Shown: piece after piece, positions 1 to 10,206 of the stretch
Layout: every line of letters starts with the position of its first letter
Numbering within the stretch: position 1 is the first letter of the stretch
DNA from: a virus
Strand: one strand, 5' to 3'
DNA length: 64,000 nt
Virus record (IMG/VR): IMGVR_UViG_3300017589_000061
Span: 64,001-128,000 of that record
The notes under the pieces: generated by a model
Database searches by the model: none
The model's input: only the letters and a program-made list of their open reading frames with translations
Told to the model about the DNA's origin: nothing
Made by a program: the position numbers and the translations under genes

Positions 1-1
1 T

Positions 2-214
2 GATAATGAAGAACATAATTTTGAACACAAACAAAGAGATGTATGTGTATTTTATCATAGGGACAGGGGTGAAAGTTGGGAGGATACTGCTCCATGTGGG
101 TTTGATAATGAAAAAGATTTTACAGATTACTATAGTGATTCAGATTATTATTACTTGTTTAATAATGGTTGGGAATATAAAACATATAAAAATAATGATT
201 GGAAAGTGTTATAA
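2..214 (+). CDS. Hypothetical phage protein, 3' part (5' end outside window)
   Basis: Open frame from base 2: DNEEHNFEHKQRDVCVFYHRDRGESWED...WKVL*; more protein-like than the 6..221 frame. Confidence 0.6.
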   Translation, partial: DNEEHNFEHKQRDVCVFYHRDRGESWEDTAPCGFDNEKDFTDYYSDSDYYYLFNNGWEYKTYKNNDWKVL

Positions 215-217
215 TAA

Positions 218-246
218 TTGATTAAGTAAAAATAAATTAGTATAAT
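218..246 (+). promoter_or_regulatory. sigmaA-type promoter
   Basis: TTGATT-17-TATAAT. Confidence 0.6.
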
Positions 247-285
247 AATAGTAAATAAAAATATTGTTTTAACACAGGAGGATTT

Positions 286-510
286 ATGAATCAAGAATGG
301 TATAATCCAAATAATGTAACAGCAGATAACTTTAACGAAACTATGAGGGGATATGTAAAATATGCTTTAAGAGATGTAGAAGCAACTTTAAAAAATAAAG
401 GTTTCAGTAATGAACAGATAGAAGATTTTAAAACTTCCTTTAGGGGTAGTTTAAATTGGTCAATAGATATGATGACAATGGAAGAAGCAAGAAAATATTA
501 TAACAAATAA
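286..510 (+). CDS. Hypothetical protein
   Basis: ORF with AGGAGG RBS. Confidence 0.75.
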   Translation: MNQEWYNPNNVTADNFNETMRGYVKYALRDVEATLKNKGFSNEQIEDFKTSFRGSLNWSIDMMTMEEARKYYNK

Positions 511-539
511 AAATAATTCAAAAGGGGGTGGAGTGGTAA

Positions 540-734
540 ATGAAAATTAGTGAAGCTAAAAAACTAAAAATAGGTGATGTTATTTATGAAAAAATACATG
601 GTTATAAAATGACAATTGAATCTATAAAAGAAAGCAACTCGACTGGGGAAAATAAAATAATAATAGGATGCAGAACTAACGATAGTGGTTTATTATTTAT
701 ATATGATCACAAAGAAGTTATAATAAAAAATTAG
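540..734 (+). CDS. Hypothetical protein
   Basis: ORF with RBS; stop lies in 18-bp site. Confidence 0.7.
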   Translation: MKISEAKKLKIGDVIYEKIHGYKMTIESIKESNSTGENKIIIGCRTNDSGLLFIYDHKEVIIKN

Positions 735-758
735 TTTTATTAGAAAGGAAATGTAAAA

Positions 759-932
759 ATGAGCAAAATATATGAATATCAAGGATATAAAATTCAAAAT
801 TCACCTTATGGAAGTGAAGCGAGATGGTTTATATTTGATGAAAATATGGAACGAATAAAATTCATATCACCATGTAGAACATTAAAAGACGCTAAAAAAG
901 AAATTGATGATATGATAAAAAGGAAATTTTAA
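759..932 (+). CDS. Hypothetical protein, 57 aa (not in ORF track)
   Basis: AAAGGA RBS; MSKIYEYQGYKIQ...KRKF*; bounded by sites 723 and 915. Confidence 0.65.
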   Translation: MSKIYEYQGYKIQNSPYGSEARWFIFDENMERIKFISPCRTLKDAKKEIDDMIKRKF

Positions 933-943
933 GGGGTGATAAG

Positions 944-1228
944 ATGGAACAAAAACATTTTAAAATTAATGTATTTATAGATTCAACAGATAGTAAAATG
1001 AATATTGAAGTGCTTAGAAATAAGTTTACGGAATGGACTAGACAAAATAATTTAACATTTTGTGGTTCATTTGGGGAGATTGAGGATGAACAAGAAAATA
1101 AAAATAATCAAATTTGTTTATATTGTAGCAACTCACTATCAACAGATGATGATAAATTATACTGCGTTGTAAGAGAAGAAATGGTAGAAGAAAATGAAGG
1201 TCAAGAATGTGGATGGCATAATATATAA
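944..1228 (+). CDS. Hypothetical protein with Cys-rich C-terminus
   Basis: GGGGTGA RBS; CLYC...C...C. Confidence 0.7.
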   Translation: MEQKHFKINVFIDSTDSKMNIEVLRNKFTEWTRQNNLTFCGSFGEIEDEQENKNNQICLYCSNSLSTDDDKLYCVVREEMVEENEGQECGWHNI

Positions 1229-1286
1229 AAATAAAACGGTCATTTTAAGGTAAAAATATTATGAATTTTAAAGGGAGAAATTTAGT

Positions 1287-1580
1287 ATGGATACGAATAG
1301 TTTAAATAATTTAAAAAAGCGTACAGAAATAGGTTCAGTGTTTTTATCAAAAATTAAAAAATATGATAGGTGGATTGATGAAATTAAAGACCATGAAGTG
1401 ACAAGTGCTTGGATTGGAAGAGAGTTGGTTGATTTCGAAGAAAATTGTGCATCTTGTGGTATACAAGGTATTTGCACAGAAGAGGAAGCTAAAGAATTGT
1501 CTGAATTTATAACAAAATATTTGGTGGACAAGATTGAGAAAAAGAAAATTCAGCTTGAAGAGTCATTTAAAAATCTTTAG
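1287..1580 (+). CDS. Hypothetical protein
   Basis: GGGAG RBS. Confidence 0.7.
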   Translation: MDTNSLNNLKKRTEIGSVFLSKIKKYDRWIDEIKDHEVTSAWIGRELVDFEENCASCGIQGICTEEEAKELSEFITKYLVDKIEKKKIQLEESFKNL

Positions 1581-1628
1581 TAAATAAAAACAGCATTTTA
1601 ACTATATAAAAATAAGGAGAATGTAAAA

Positions 1629-1826
1629 ATGAAGAATACTGAAGAAGTTTATTTAGTAAGATATGGTAAGACTTGGTTTACAGATGGTGAAATCGAGCAA
1701 CGTTATAAATTTAAAAATATAGATACATTATTAGAGACAATGAAAAGTTGTTTGTCCGATGGTGAATGGGTAGAAGATTTGAATGGTAATAAAATAGATA
1801 TAAAAATAGAATATGCTAAAAGATAA
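1629..1826 (+). CDS. Hypothetical protein
   Basis: AAGGAG RBS. Confidence 0.7.
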   Translation: MKNTEEVYLVRYGKTWFTDGEIEQRYKFKNIDTLLETMKSCLSDGEWVEDLNGNKIDIKIEYAKR

Positions 1827-1893
1827 AAGTGATATTTTATCGCACAAATGATAAAAATAAACATTGAAATATCAACGATTATAGGAGGTAAAA

Positions 1894-2112
1894 ATGCAAG
1901 AACTAATTAATTTGGGAGTAGCATATACTGTAGATGGTTACAATGAATCTAAAAAAGAATTAAAAAAGTTTGAGAAAAAATATAATATGAAATCAAAAAT
2001 ATTTTATGACAAAATTAATAGAGATATTTGCTCAATACGTATTCCAACAGAAGATGTTACTGATTGGATATTTAACTGTAATGTTTTTATATCATGTGGT
2101 GGAAAATTATGA
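1894..2112 (+). CDS. Hypothetical protein
   Basis: AGGAGG RBS. Confidence 0.7.
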   Translation: MQELINLGVAYTVDGYNESKKELKKFEKKYNMKSKIFYDKINRDICSIRIPTEDVTDWIFNCNVFISCGGKL

Positions 2113-2175
2113 TGAGGTTATTTTGGAAGTGGTTATATAAATTAGAGTATCAACAAATTAAATTAAAAAAATATG

Positions 2176-2204
2176 TTGACAAGTTAATATAAAAATAGTA
2201 TAAT
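2176..2204 (+). promoter_or_regulatory. sigmaA consensus promoter
   Basis: TTGACA-17-TATAAT preceded by AATTAAATTAAAA motif. Confidence 0.8.
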
Positions 2205-2223
2205 GTAAAAAAGGAGTTATATT

Positions 2224-2496
2224 ATGGAAAATAAATTATTAAGTGATGTTGATTTTTTCAATGATATCAACGATGAAGAAAAATTTGATTTACAGTATCA
2301 AGGAATATTATGTGATGTTGCATGTCATATTATCAATTACAGACTAAAAAATAATATTACCCAAAAAGAATTTGCAGATAAAATAAAAATATCAAAACGC
2401 AAATTACTAAAAATTGAAAGGGCTGAATATGATATCAAATTAAATCTATTGTTTGAAATTTTAAATGAAATTAATATGGAAATAAAAATATATTAA
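2224..2496 (+). CDS. XRE-family HTH regulator
   Basis: RLKNNITQKEFADKIKISKRKLLKIERAE. Confidence 0.8.
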   Translation: MENKLLSDVDFFNDINDEEKFDLQYQGILCDVACHIINYRLKNNITQKEFADKIKISKRKLLKIERAEYDIKLNLLFEILNEINMEIKIY

Positions 2497-2508
2497 ATGG
2501 AGAACGAT

Positions 2509-2691
2509 ATGAATAAAATAATATTTAAATTAGCAGAAAAATTAAGTTATGAATTAGATAAAATGGCGATGTACATAGTAAAAGATGGTGCTGAATACGA
2601 GAGCCATAAGACAATGTTTAGCGTATTGGATAAAGCGTCAACATGGATTTACACCACTGGATATAACAAATGTGTTATAGGGGCAAAATAA
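2509..2691 (+). CDS. Hypothetical protein
   Basis: GGAG RBS before ATG 2509. Confidence 0.55.
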   Translation: MNKIIFKLAEKLSYELDKMAMYIVKDGAEYESHKTMFSVLDKASTWIYTTGYNKCVIGAK

Positions 2692-2731
2692 GGGTCAAGA
2701 ATATAAAAATAAATTAGGAGGTTAACAAGCA

Positions 2732-3001
2732 ATGAGTATGATGATTCAGTCGAGAGCAAAGTGTCTGAGTGCAAATTTTAAAAGCGTATTAAAATACCTA
2801 GATCGGCAATATCCAAATTATGGGTTTGACGAAACTGAACAAGATATAGAAATGGGAATGACAAATATTGATGAAGAAATAGAGAATGCACATAAAACAC
2901 TAATGTTTTTAAAAGAAGCTAATAAAAATAATCAGAAGCAACGCACAGCAATAAATAGTTTTATAAAAATGTTAGTTAAAGAAAGTCAAATATACAGATA
3001 A
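2732..3001 (+). CDS. Hypothetical protein
   Basis: GGAGG RBS. Confidence 0.7.
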   Translation: MSMMIQSRAKCLSANFKSVLKYLDRQYPNYGFDETEQDIEMGMTNIDEEIENAHKTLMFLKEANKNNQKQRTAINSFIKMLVKESQIYR

Positions 3002-3136
3002 AATTAAATTAAAATAAAAAAAGCTATCGACAAATTTCGATGGATAAAGGAGAAAATTATGTGTATAATAATAGTAAGTAGTCAATCCACTTTTAACAAT
3101 AGTGGATGAATACATAAATAAGAAGGAGGAATTAAT

Positions 3137-3547
3137 GTGTTAAATAAAGAAAACACAAATTACAAGCGTGGTTCAGTGGTATTAGTAAATTTAGGGGACA
3201 AAGATGGATCGATTCAGTATGGGATTCGACCGTGCGTGGTAATTTCTAACGATCTTAATAACAAATATTCAACTGTTTTAACAGTGGTACCATTGAGTAC
3301 ATCAAAATTTAAAAAGGAATTACCAACACACATATCTATTACAACTGATAATAGTGAAATTGAAAAAGATTCTATTGCTCTTTGTGAGCAACCTATGTTG
3401 ATAACGAAAGATAAAATCATAAAAGAATTATTTGAATTAGATAATACATTGATGATGCAAATCAATATTGGAGTTATGATACAGCTAGGGTTAATAAATA
3501 AAAATACATTAAAAGTAAATACATCAAAGATGGCTTTTGCTGTATAA
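3137..3547 (+). CDS. PemK/MazF-family endoribonuclease
   Basis: KRGSVVLVNLG..GSIQYGIRPCVVISNDLNNKYS..TVVPLST..PTH..CEQ. Confidence 0.9.
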   Translation: MLNKENTNYKRGSVVLVNLGDKDGSIQYGIRPCVVISNDLNNKYSTVLTVVPLSTSKFKKELPTHISITTDNSEIEKDSIALCEQPMLITKDKIIKELFELDNTLMMQINIGVMIQLGLINKNTLKVNTSKMAFAV

Positions 3548-3572
3548 GAATTAAATTAAAGGGAGACAACAA

Positions 3573-4262
3573 ATGAAGAGAAGAGAAATATTTTTAATGG
3601 TATCAGTAATATTACTAGGCGTAAATAGCGTAAAACTTGGTGATATTACTGATACTTATATAAATGATATAAAAATAATTGAATCAGAAAATACCAGACT
3701 ACAAGAAGAATTGCTTGTAGCAAATGATAAAATAGAAGAATATAAAAATATTACAGAATGTTTTGTTAATACTGATACTAAAAAAGGAAAATATATTTAC
3801 TATTCAATTGACAATTTAACTTGTGAACAACAAGAATATATTCAAAATCTTTGCTGGAGTAATGATATTAGTTATGAATATATTCTTGCCATTATGAAAG
3901 CTGAATCGAACTATCAAATTGATGCAATTAGTTATGACGGAAGTAGCATGGGTATAATGCAAATACAAGAAAAATATGCTTCATCTTGGGCAAGTGTAAT
4001 TGGATTAGAAAATTATGATTTGTTTAATTTTGAAGATAATATTCAACTTGGGATTGCCGTTATTGTAACTTATAGAACTTATTGGCAAGAACAAGGGATT
4101 ACAGATCAGGAGAGTTTATTCATATATATTACAAATTCCTACAACTGTGGCATTGAAGGGTTTAAATTATACATAGAACGAAATGGAAATATTAATCGTA
4201 GTTATAGTAATGTGGTATTAAATTATAAAACACAATTAGAAACAACTAATAAATTATATTAA
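3573..4262 (+). CDS. Secreted SLT-domain lytic transglycosylase
   Basis: N-terminal hydrophobic segment; AIMKAESNY, GIMQI, SYNCG motifs. Confidence 0.8.
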   Translation: MKRREIFLMVSVILLGVNSVKLGDITDTYINDIKIIESENTRLQEELLVANDKIEEYKNITECFVNTDTKKGKYIYYSIDNLTCEQQEYIQNLCWSNDISYEYILAIMKAESNYQIDAISYDGSSMGIMQIQEKYASSWASVIGLENYDLFNFEDNIQLGIAVIVTYRTYWQEQGITDQESLFIYITNSYNCGIEGFKLYIERNGNINRSYSNVVLNYKTQLETTNKLY

Positions 4263-4269
4263 AAAAGTA

Positions 4270-4298
4270 TTGACAAAAACGAATAAATAGAATATAAT
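4270..4298 (+). promoter_or_regulatory. sigmaA consensus promoter
   Basis: TTGACA-17-TATAAT. Confidence 0.8.
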
Positions 4299-4344
4299 AA
4301 CATATAATAGAAATATAAAAATAAATCCAATAGGAGGAATAAAA

Positions 4345-5298
4345 ATGATAAATTTAGAATTAATTCAAGAAGAGAATATGACATTAATAGAAAATTATAT
4401 AGGTGGAAAAAGAAGATCAAATACTAAAGAGAGTTATAAATCGGATTTAAAGGTTTTTTCCCAAGAAATAAAAAAATCACTATTAAACGTTAACATTGAT
4501 GATATAAATTATTATTTTTATACTGTATTAGCTGATTACTCGCCAAGTAGTAAAAATCGTAAATTATCTAGCATAAGGGATTTTTATGAAGATTTATTAT
4601 ATAGAGATATGTATAATGATGAACATAATAAACCTCGTAGAAATCCAGTTGGTAGAATGGAAGTATTTAAAGTTGATAAAAAAGAAGAAATCAAAGCTTT
4701 AACCAACGAACAAGCTAAACAGTTTTTTAAAGAAATAAAAAGAAATATAAAAATCGCTGAATCGGATTTTCAAAAAAAACTCCATGTTAGAAATTTAGCT
4801 ATGGCTCATATTTTAATCAATACAGGATTAAGAGTAGAAGAATTAACAACATTAAACTTCAATGAACTTCAATTAGAAGATAAATATATAGTATTAACAG
4901 CAAATAAAACTAAAAGCCAAAAATCAAGATATTTAGATTTAGGAGATACTACAATTGAATATATAAATAATTATCTTGAAATTAGAGATGAATTTAAGCC
5001 AACAGAAAAAGACAAGAAGTATATTTTTCTTAGTGGGCGAGGTAAAAAAATGTCAACTAATTCAGTAAATGAATTTTTAAAAAAATATGCCGAAGCTGAA
5101 TCATGCAAAATAGATAATATACATGCACATCTTTTCCGTGATACATTTGGTACGAATTATTATAAAAAGAACAAAGATATCAAGGGTTTGAAAAACAAGC
5201 TTGGTCATTCGAGTATAACTACCACAGAAATCTATATTAATATTATAGATAAAGCAGGTGATGGAACAATGACTAATTTATCAACTGCTAATTATTAA
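4345..5298 (+). CDS. Tyrosine recombinase (YopP-like position)
   Basis: TGLRVEEL, HLFR, LGHSS, TEIY catalytic motifs; SAM-like N-terminus. Confidence 0.9.
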   Translation: MINLELIQEENMTLIENYIGGKRRSNTKESYKSDLKVFSQEIKKSLLNVNIDDINYYFYTVLADYSPSSKNRKLSSIRDFYEDLLYRDMYNDEHNKPRRNPVGRMEVFKVDKKEEIKALTNEQAKQFFKEIKRNIKIAESDFQKKLHVRNLAMAHILINTGLRVEELTTLNFNELQLEDKYIVLTANKTKSQKSRYLDLGDTTIEYINNYLEIRDEFKPTEKDKKYIFLSGRGKKMSTNSVNEFLKKYAEAESCKIDNIHAHLFRDTFGTNYYKKNKDIKGLKNKLGHSSITTTEIYINIIDKAGDGTMTNLSTANY

Positions 5299-5370
5299 AT
5301 CTATAATCGACATAATCCGACAAGACATATTAATTATAATATAAAAATAAAATAAAAAATACATTCTTTC

Positions 5371-5399
5371 TTGACAAAATACATAATATATAATAGAAT
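5371..5399 (+). promoter_or_regulatory. sigmaA-type promoter
   Basis: TTGACA-17-TAGAAT. Confidence 0.7.
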
Positions 5400-5458
5400 A
5401 AAAACAATGGATAACCATGTAGAGTTGTATATTATGTATATAAAAATAGAAAAGGAGA

Positions 5459-6796
5459 ATGTATTTTATGAAAGTTGAACCGAGTATTTTAAAAGATAGA
5501 ATTGACGAGATATTAATAGAATTAAATCAAAATGGTCAAATAAAAAGGTTGTTGGATAGTAATTTACTAGACGAATATATGAATGGTTCGTTGCTAACCA
5601 AAACATTAAATCAAAATCTACCTTTAAACAATAGGTCGATATCAGAATTATATCATATAAGTCGTTTAATTAATACTTTACAACCAAAAATCAAAGTTGA
5701 CGAATATTTTACGGATGATGAAATAACACAAGCCATTAATAATAAAAATAATATAAAAATAGAGAGTAATCCTTTGATAAAACTTAAAGATGTTTTATAT
5801 TCTAAAAACAACAATGAAGAAACTTGGATGACTATGGTTACTTATAAAGAAATTAATGAATGGATGAAAACAGGAAAGCTAGGCTATAACATGGAAACAC
5901 AAAGAGTTGGGAAGATGCGTAAAATTGGTCACAAGATGTTTGTTGTCCCACATATAAATGATAATTCAGTAGAAGATATCAAAGATGCTCTAGTGAAGAA
6001 TGAATTTTATTCTAATATGATTTCATTCAATATTACACCAGATTACAATAAAAAGTTAGAATACAATCCAGTAGAAAAAACTTTAACTATTGACACAGCA
6101 ATCTTTGATGTGGATGTTATTGACGGGTATCATAGATGTTCAGGTATTGTTAAGGCTTTTGAAGTTGATTCAAATTTGGAGGGTGAATTATATTTAAAAG
6201 TTACTAACATGAGTATCGAGAAAGCTCAAAAGTTTATTAGACAAGAATCTAAAAGTAATATTCAAAATCAAGATGCTTTAGAAAAATATAATCCAAAAAA
6301 TAAGATTACAAGATTTGTTAAAAATATAAACGAAATGGGTTCTGAAGAAAGTAATGCGTTATATAGAAAAATAGACATGGGAGTAAATACTCGTAATACT
6401 TGGATAATGTTTGAAACTTTTAAAGAAGGATTAGATTTATCTGGGTTTTTAAGAGAAATTAATTACACTGATGATAGAACAAAACTTAAAAATATGGAAA
6501 TTTTTATTGTAACTTTCTTTGATAATTTTTATAAAATCGCAAATGACTATAAATTAAATGATAAGAAACGAGAAGAATTAACTGATCCTACGTTTATTAA
6601 AGGTTTGATAGTCACTTGTTATAAGTTTTATAAAAGTGGGAAAGGAATTGATATAAATTTGATATCAGCAATGGAAGTGTTTATAAAAAAATTCAAAACA
6701 ACTACAACAAAATATACCTACGAAAAAACTCTAAAAACTAAAGAAGAAACGAAATATATCAATAAGTTTAAGAGGTTATTGGAGGTGGAAAACTAA
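5459..6796 (+). CDS. DGQHR/DndB-like (ParB/Srx-fold) protein, YopQ-like
   Basis: VIDGYHR motif, upstream QR motif; size and position like SPbeta yopQ. Confidence 0.65.
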   Translation: MYFMKVEPSILKDRIDEILIELNQNGQIKRLLDSNLLDEYMNGSLLTKTLNQNLPLNNRSISELYHISRLINTLQPKIKVDEYFTDDEITQAINNKNNIKIESNPLIKLKDVLYSKNNNEETWMTMVTYKEINEWMKTGKLGYNMETQRVGKMRKIGHKMFVVPHINDNSVEDIKDALVKNEFYSNMISFNITPDYNKKLEYNPVEKTLTIDTAIFDVDVIDGYHRCSGIVKAFEVDSNLEGELYLKVTNMSIEKAQKFIRQESKSNIQNQDALEKYNPKNKITRFVKNINEMGSEESNALYRKIDMGVNTRNTWIMFETFKEGLDLSGFLREINYTDDRTKLKNMEIFIVTFFDNFYKIANDYKLNDKKREELTDPTFIKGLIVTCYKFYKSGKGIDINLISAMEVFIKKFKTTTTKYTYEKTLKTKEETKYINKFKRLLEVEN

Positions 6797-7774
6797 ATGA
6801 TTATTGATAAAGAAAAGAAAAACGAATATTTAGAGAGTATTAAAACACGAAATGAAGAAAAAACTTATGAGTTATATAGTAAATTGATATCTAAACTAGC
6901 CGAGTATGAAGAATATAAAGGAATTCATGCAATCAATATGACTAAATTAGATTTTATGGAGTTTTTAACTATGATGAATTCCTCTAGTCTTAGTGTTCTA
7001 TACACTTATAAAAGTGCGATTAATAGTTATTTGATATTTGCAACTGATAAACAGAATTTCACACTTGGTTTATTAGAATTAGATAAAATTAATCAAGATG
7101 ATTTATTGGAGTGTCTTAATAAAAAAGCTGAATTAATGCAGTTTATAACCGAAAGTGAATATTATGAGATATTAATGAAAGTAGATGATAATGGTAAACT
7201 TATCGGAAATTATCAAGATAAATTAGTAATTATTCTTTTGTGGAATAAGATTAAAGGCGAGACACAATTTAGCGATTTATTAAATTTAAAAGTATCGAAT
7301 GTAGATTTTCAAAATAAAGCAATAAATTTAAAAAATAAAATAATACAATTATCAGATGTCGAATTTGATATTATGAAAAAAGCAATAAATGAACAAACTT
7401 ATATTAGAACCACAATGACTAAAAAGGGATTAGTTAATGAAACTCCAGTTGATATCTTAGAAGGTGATTATCTTGTAAAAGCTACAATTGGATCAACTAA
7501 TAAAGATGTAGATAATAATAGGTGTACGTATGGTACTTTTGCTAATAGAATGAGTAAATATTATACTATCGTTTTACAAAGAAGTGGATTAACAAATCAA
7601 AGAATTTATAAAAGTAGTGTTTATTATCATATGTTAAAAGAATACGGAAGAAAACTTAGCCTGGGTGAATTAATGGAGTATCTAAAATTACATGGTGAAA
7701 AAGTTTCATTGTCTAACACTTACAGAGAACAAGAAATTATGTTTAAGAAAATGATGGATCAGGGCGAAATTTAG
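6797..7774 (+). CDS. Catalytically dead recombinase-fold protein, YopR/MrpR-like lysogeny repressor
   Basis: Integrase-like segment LLNLKVSNVDF without R/HxxR motifs; 325 aa; follows YopP- and YopQ-like genes. Confidence 0.65.
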   Translation: MIIDKEKKNEYLESIKTRNEEKTYELYSKLISKLAEYEEYKGIHAINMTKLDFMEFLTMMNSSSLSVLYTYKSAINSYLIFATDKQNFTLGLLELDKINQDDLLECLNKKAELMQFITESEYYEILMKVDDNGKLIGNYQDKLVIILLWNKIKGETQFSDLLNLKVSNVDFQNKAINLKNKIIQLSDVEFDIMKKAINEQTYIRTTMTKKGLVNETPVDILEGDYLVKATIGSTNKDVDNNRCTYGTFANRMSKYYTIVLQRSGLTNQRIYKSSVYYHMLKEYGRKLSLGELMEYLKLHGEKVSLSNTYREQEIMFKKMMDQGEI

Positions 7775-7822
7775 CCTTGACCTATACATATAAAATTATA
7801 TTAAAAATAAATAAAATAGTTG

Positions 7823-7851
7823 TTGACAAATTGTGGAATAAGGAATATACT
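7823..7851 (+). promoter_or_regulatory. sigmaA-type promoter
   Basis: TTGACA-17-TATACT. Confidence 0.75.
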
Positions 7852-7882
7852 ATTATTATCAAAGAGAAAAGGAGAAATTAAT

Positions 7883-8134
7883 ATGAAACATGATGAAATG
7901 GAAATGAGGATTTTAGAGGTAGCAAACTACATGTTAAGAACCGAAGGTACAATAAGACAGACTGCAAATTATTTTAAAATGAGCAAGAGTACAGTACATA
8001 AAGATTTGCACAGGTTAAGAAATGTGAACTATACTAAGTATGGCGAAGTTAAAAAGATTTTAGATACCAATTGGGAAGAAAAATATATCCGTGGTGGACT
8101 TGCCACAAAACGAAAATATGCTATAATACAATAA
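7883..8134 (+). CDS. spoIIID: Sporulation regulator SpoIIID homologue
   Basis: TIRQTANYFKMSKSTVHKDL..RL..V....YGEVKKILD....RGGLATKRKY matches SpoIIID pattern; GGAG RBS before 7883. Confidence 0.9.
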   Translation: MKHDEMEMRILEVANYMLRTEGTIRQTANYFKMSKSTVHKDLHRLRNVNYTKYGEVKKILDTNWEEKYIRGGLATKRKYAIIQ

Positions 8135-8278
8135 GAGGTGACATGATGAAAATGTGCATAATGTGTTTGGAAAAATTAGCTGAAGATTATTCAGATTATT
8201 GTAAAGAGTGTGAAGAAATATTAGAAGAAGAAATACATAAGGAAATAAAAAGTTAATTTTAATAGAAAGGAAAATCAA

Positions 8279-8500
8279 ATGAATAAAGATATAGAAAAGA
8301 ATATGAATAATACAATAAAACGTATTGATGAGAGTATAGATTATTACGATAAAAAATGGGATATTAAATTTAATAAAATGGGGAAAACTTTAAAAGATAC
8401 ATCTAAAATAATAAAAAGTATTAATATAATTTTAATTATAACATTTGTAATAATTATAGGATTAATGATTTTTTATAATAAAAAATTACTTTTATTATAA
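8279..8500 (+). CDS. Membrane protein
   Basis: C-terminal TM helix. Confidence 0.65.
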   Translation: MNKDIEKNMNNTIKRIDESIDYYDKKWDIKFNKMGKTLKDTSKIIKSINIILIITFVIIIGLMIFYNKKLLLL

Positions 8501-8520
8501 AGATTAAATTAAAAAGGAGA

Positions 8521-8802
8521 ATGAATATGTTGATTAGGAGTCAAGATAAAGAAATAATTATCAACTTAGATAGAATAACAGCTATTGCTAAAAGTAAAGA
8601 TAATAATATTATTGTAACCGAAAGTCCGATGGCAAGATTAAATGAAATGTTGTCAATTGGGAAATATTCTACTAAAGAAAAAGCATTAAAGGTTTTAGAT
8701 ATGATAGACGAATTTCACTATCAGTTTATTAATTCACAAAATCCTAAAAGCACAACGGTGACATATACAGTATTTCAAATGCCACAAGAAAATCAAGTGT
8801 AA
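8521..8802 (+). CDS. Hypothetical protein (paralog of 41458-41643)
   Basis: MLIRSQDKEIIINLDRI. Confidence 0.7.
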   Translation: MNMLIRSQDKEIIINLDRITAIAKSKDNNIIVTESPMARLNEMLSIGKYSTKEKALKVLDMIDEFHYQFINSQNPKSTTVTYTVFQMPQENQV

Positions 8803-9031
8803 TAAAAGATATTATTTATCGGAAAGGGGATTAAGATGAAAGTATTAAAAAGAATATGGAATTTTGATAAACAAGATATGAAACATATGAAATGGTTGTT
8901 TAAGCAGTTATTTAAACATTTTTTCATAGGAGTATTCATTGGGAACATGGACGAATTTGTTGATACTTGGTTTTGGATCAAAATACATTGCTGTTATGAC
9001 AGTAAGAAAATAAATTAAAGTAGGTGCAAAA

Positions 9032-9358
9032 GTGGAAGATTTGTTAAGAAGAACAATTAAACAATCAGTTCCGACACATGCCGTTAAATTTATTATTGCA
9101 AATATAACATGTTTCTTTTTAGTAATAATCGGAACATTTTTATTAGTAGTAAGAGAGTACAATATAAACAATGTTATCCGAGCAGATTTCTTTGCTACTG
9201 GATTAATGATGGCTTTAGGAAACATGGTGTTAATAATCACAGGGATAGCGAGTATTCGTGATTATAAAAAGACTATATTAGGATGTTTAGATGATATTAA
9301 AGAAGCTGATGAATACTGTGAAAATGTGATTAAAGAAACAGAAAATAAGAGGGGTTAA
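9032..9358 (+). CDS. Membrane protein
   Basis: Two TM helices. Confidence 0.6.
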   Translation: MEDLLRRTIKQSVPTHAVKFIIANITCFFLVIIGTFLLVVREYNINNVIRADFFATGLMMALGNMVLIITGIASIRDYKKTILGCLDDIKEADEYCENVIKETENKRG

Positions 9359-9359
9359 A

Positions 9360-9890
9360 ATGGATTACGCAGATAAGTTGGATTTTATGGATGATGATTG
9401 TGATATACAAGGCTTTCCAATTGAAGATGAAGGAGAGAAAATGAATAGTACAGAAAAAGCAAATTTATATAATGAAACTTTAAAAAAGATAGAGGATTTG
9501 TTAATAGAAACAGATTCTAAATTAGGTGATATGCAATCGTTAGAAATATTATCTTCTATAGTTAGAGATTATGATTTAATAACAGCAAGTAATTTAATTA
9601 AAATGAATTGTGATCCATACCTTACTAAATCAATATTAGAGGATAGAATGTATGGCGAAGGAAATGAAGAAGCAGGATTCATATCATTAACATCTTTACT
9701 TGAATCAGTTGAAGAAATAATAAATTGTGATGATAGTGATATGGGTGAAGTTAAATTTCAATATCTTGTCCGACCTGAAACATCAGAAGAAGCAGAAGAA
9801 AATGAGCATGATGAATCTGATGCTACATGGTATATAAAAGATGAAAATATTGATATTGAAAAGTTAAATATTCAATTTGAATTTGAATAA
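9360..9890 (+). CDS. Acidic hypothetical protein
   Basis: ORF with RBS. Confidence 0.7.
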   Translation: MDYADKLDFMDDDCDIQGFPIEDEGEKMNSTEKANLYNETLKKIEDLLIETDSKLGDMQSLEILSSIVRDYDLITASNLIKMNCDPYLTKSILEDRMYGEGNEEAGFISLTSLLESVEEIINCDDSDMGEVKFQYLVRPETSEEAEENEHDESDATWYIKDENIDIEKLNIQFEFE

Positions 9891-9917
9891 AATTAGGAAT
9901 TTATAAGGAGAGATAAA

Positions 9918-10151
9918 ATGAAAGAAGTTAAATTATATGTTGAAGATAATGGTTATAGAGATTACGAAGATACGGATACATTACTAGACCAATTAAAAAA
10001 GGAATATGATAAACCAAGACCTGTAGTTTTACAATTATATGATAATGAGGGACAAATAATTATTGGTAGATGCACTTGTGTAATTGGAACATTAAAAAAT
10101 GGTTCTTTTCTTTTAACTGGCAATATTGATGATATTCTCTGTGAAAAGTAA
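9918..10151 (+). CDS. Hypothetical protein
   Basis: RBS; bounded by sites 9887 and 10151. Confidence 0.7.
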   Translation: MKEVKLYVEDNGYRDYEDTDTLLDQLKKEYDKPRPVVLQLYDNEGQIIIGRCTCVIGTLKNGSFLLTGNIDDILCEK

Positions 10152-10206
10152 TAAAACTAGGGTTTTATGAGAATTATAACGTTGAAATTTCAACGATTTA
10201 AGGAGA

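Noticed and set aside
6-221. ORF-track protein MKNIILN...
   Set aside because: Shadow of the more protein-like frame 2..214
5459-6796. Dnd phosphorothioation system
   Set aside because: No dndACDE genes seen; context matches the YopQ-like role
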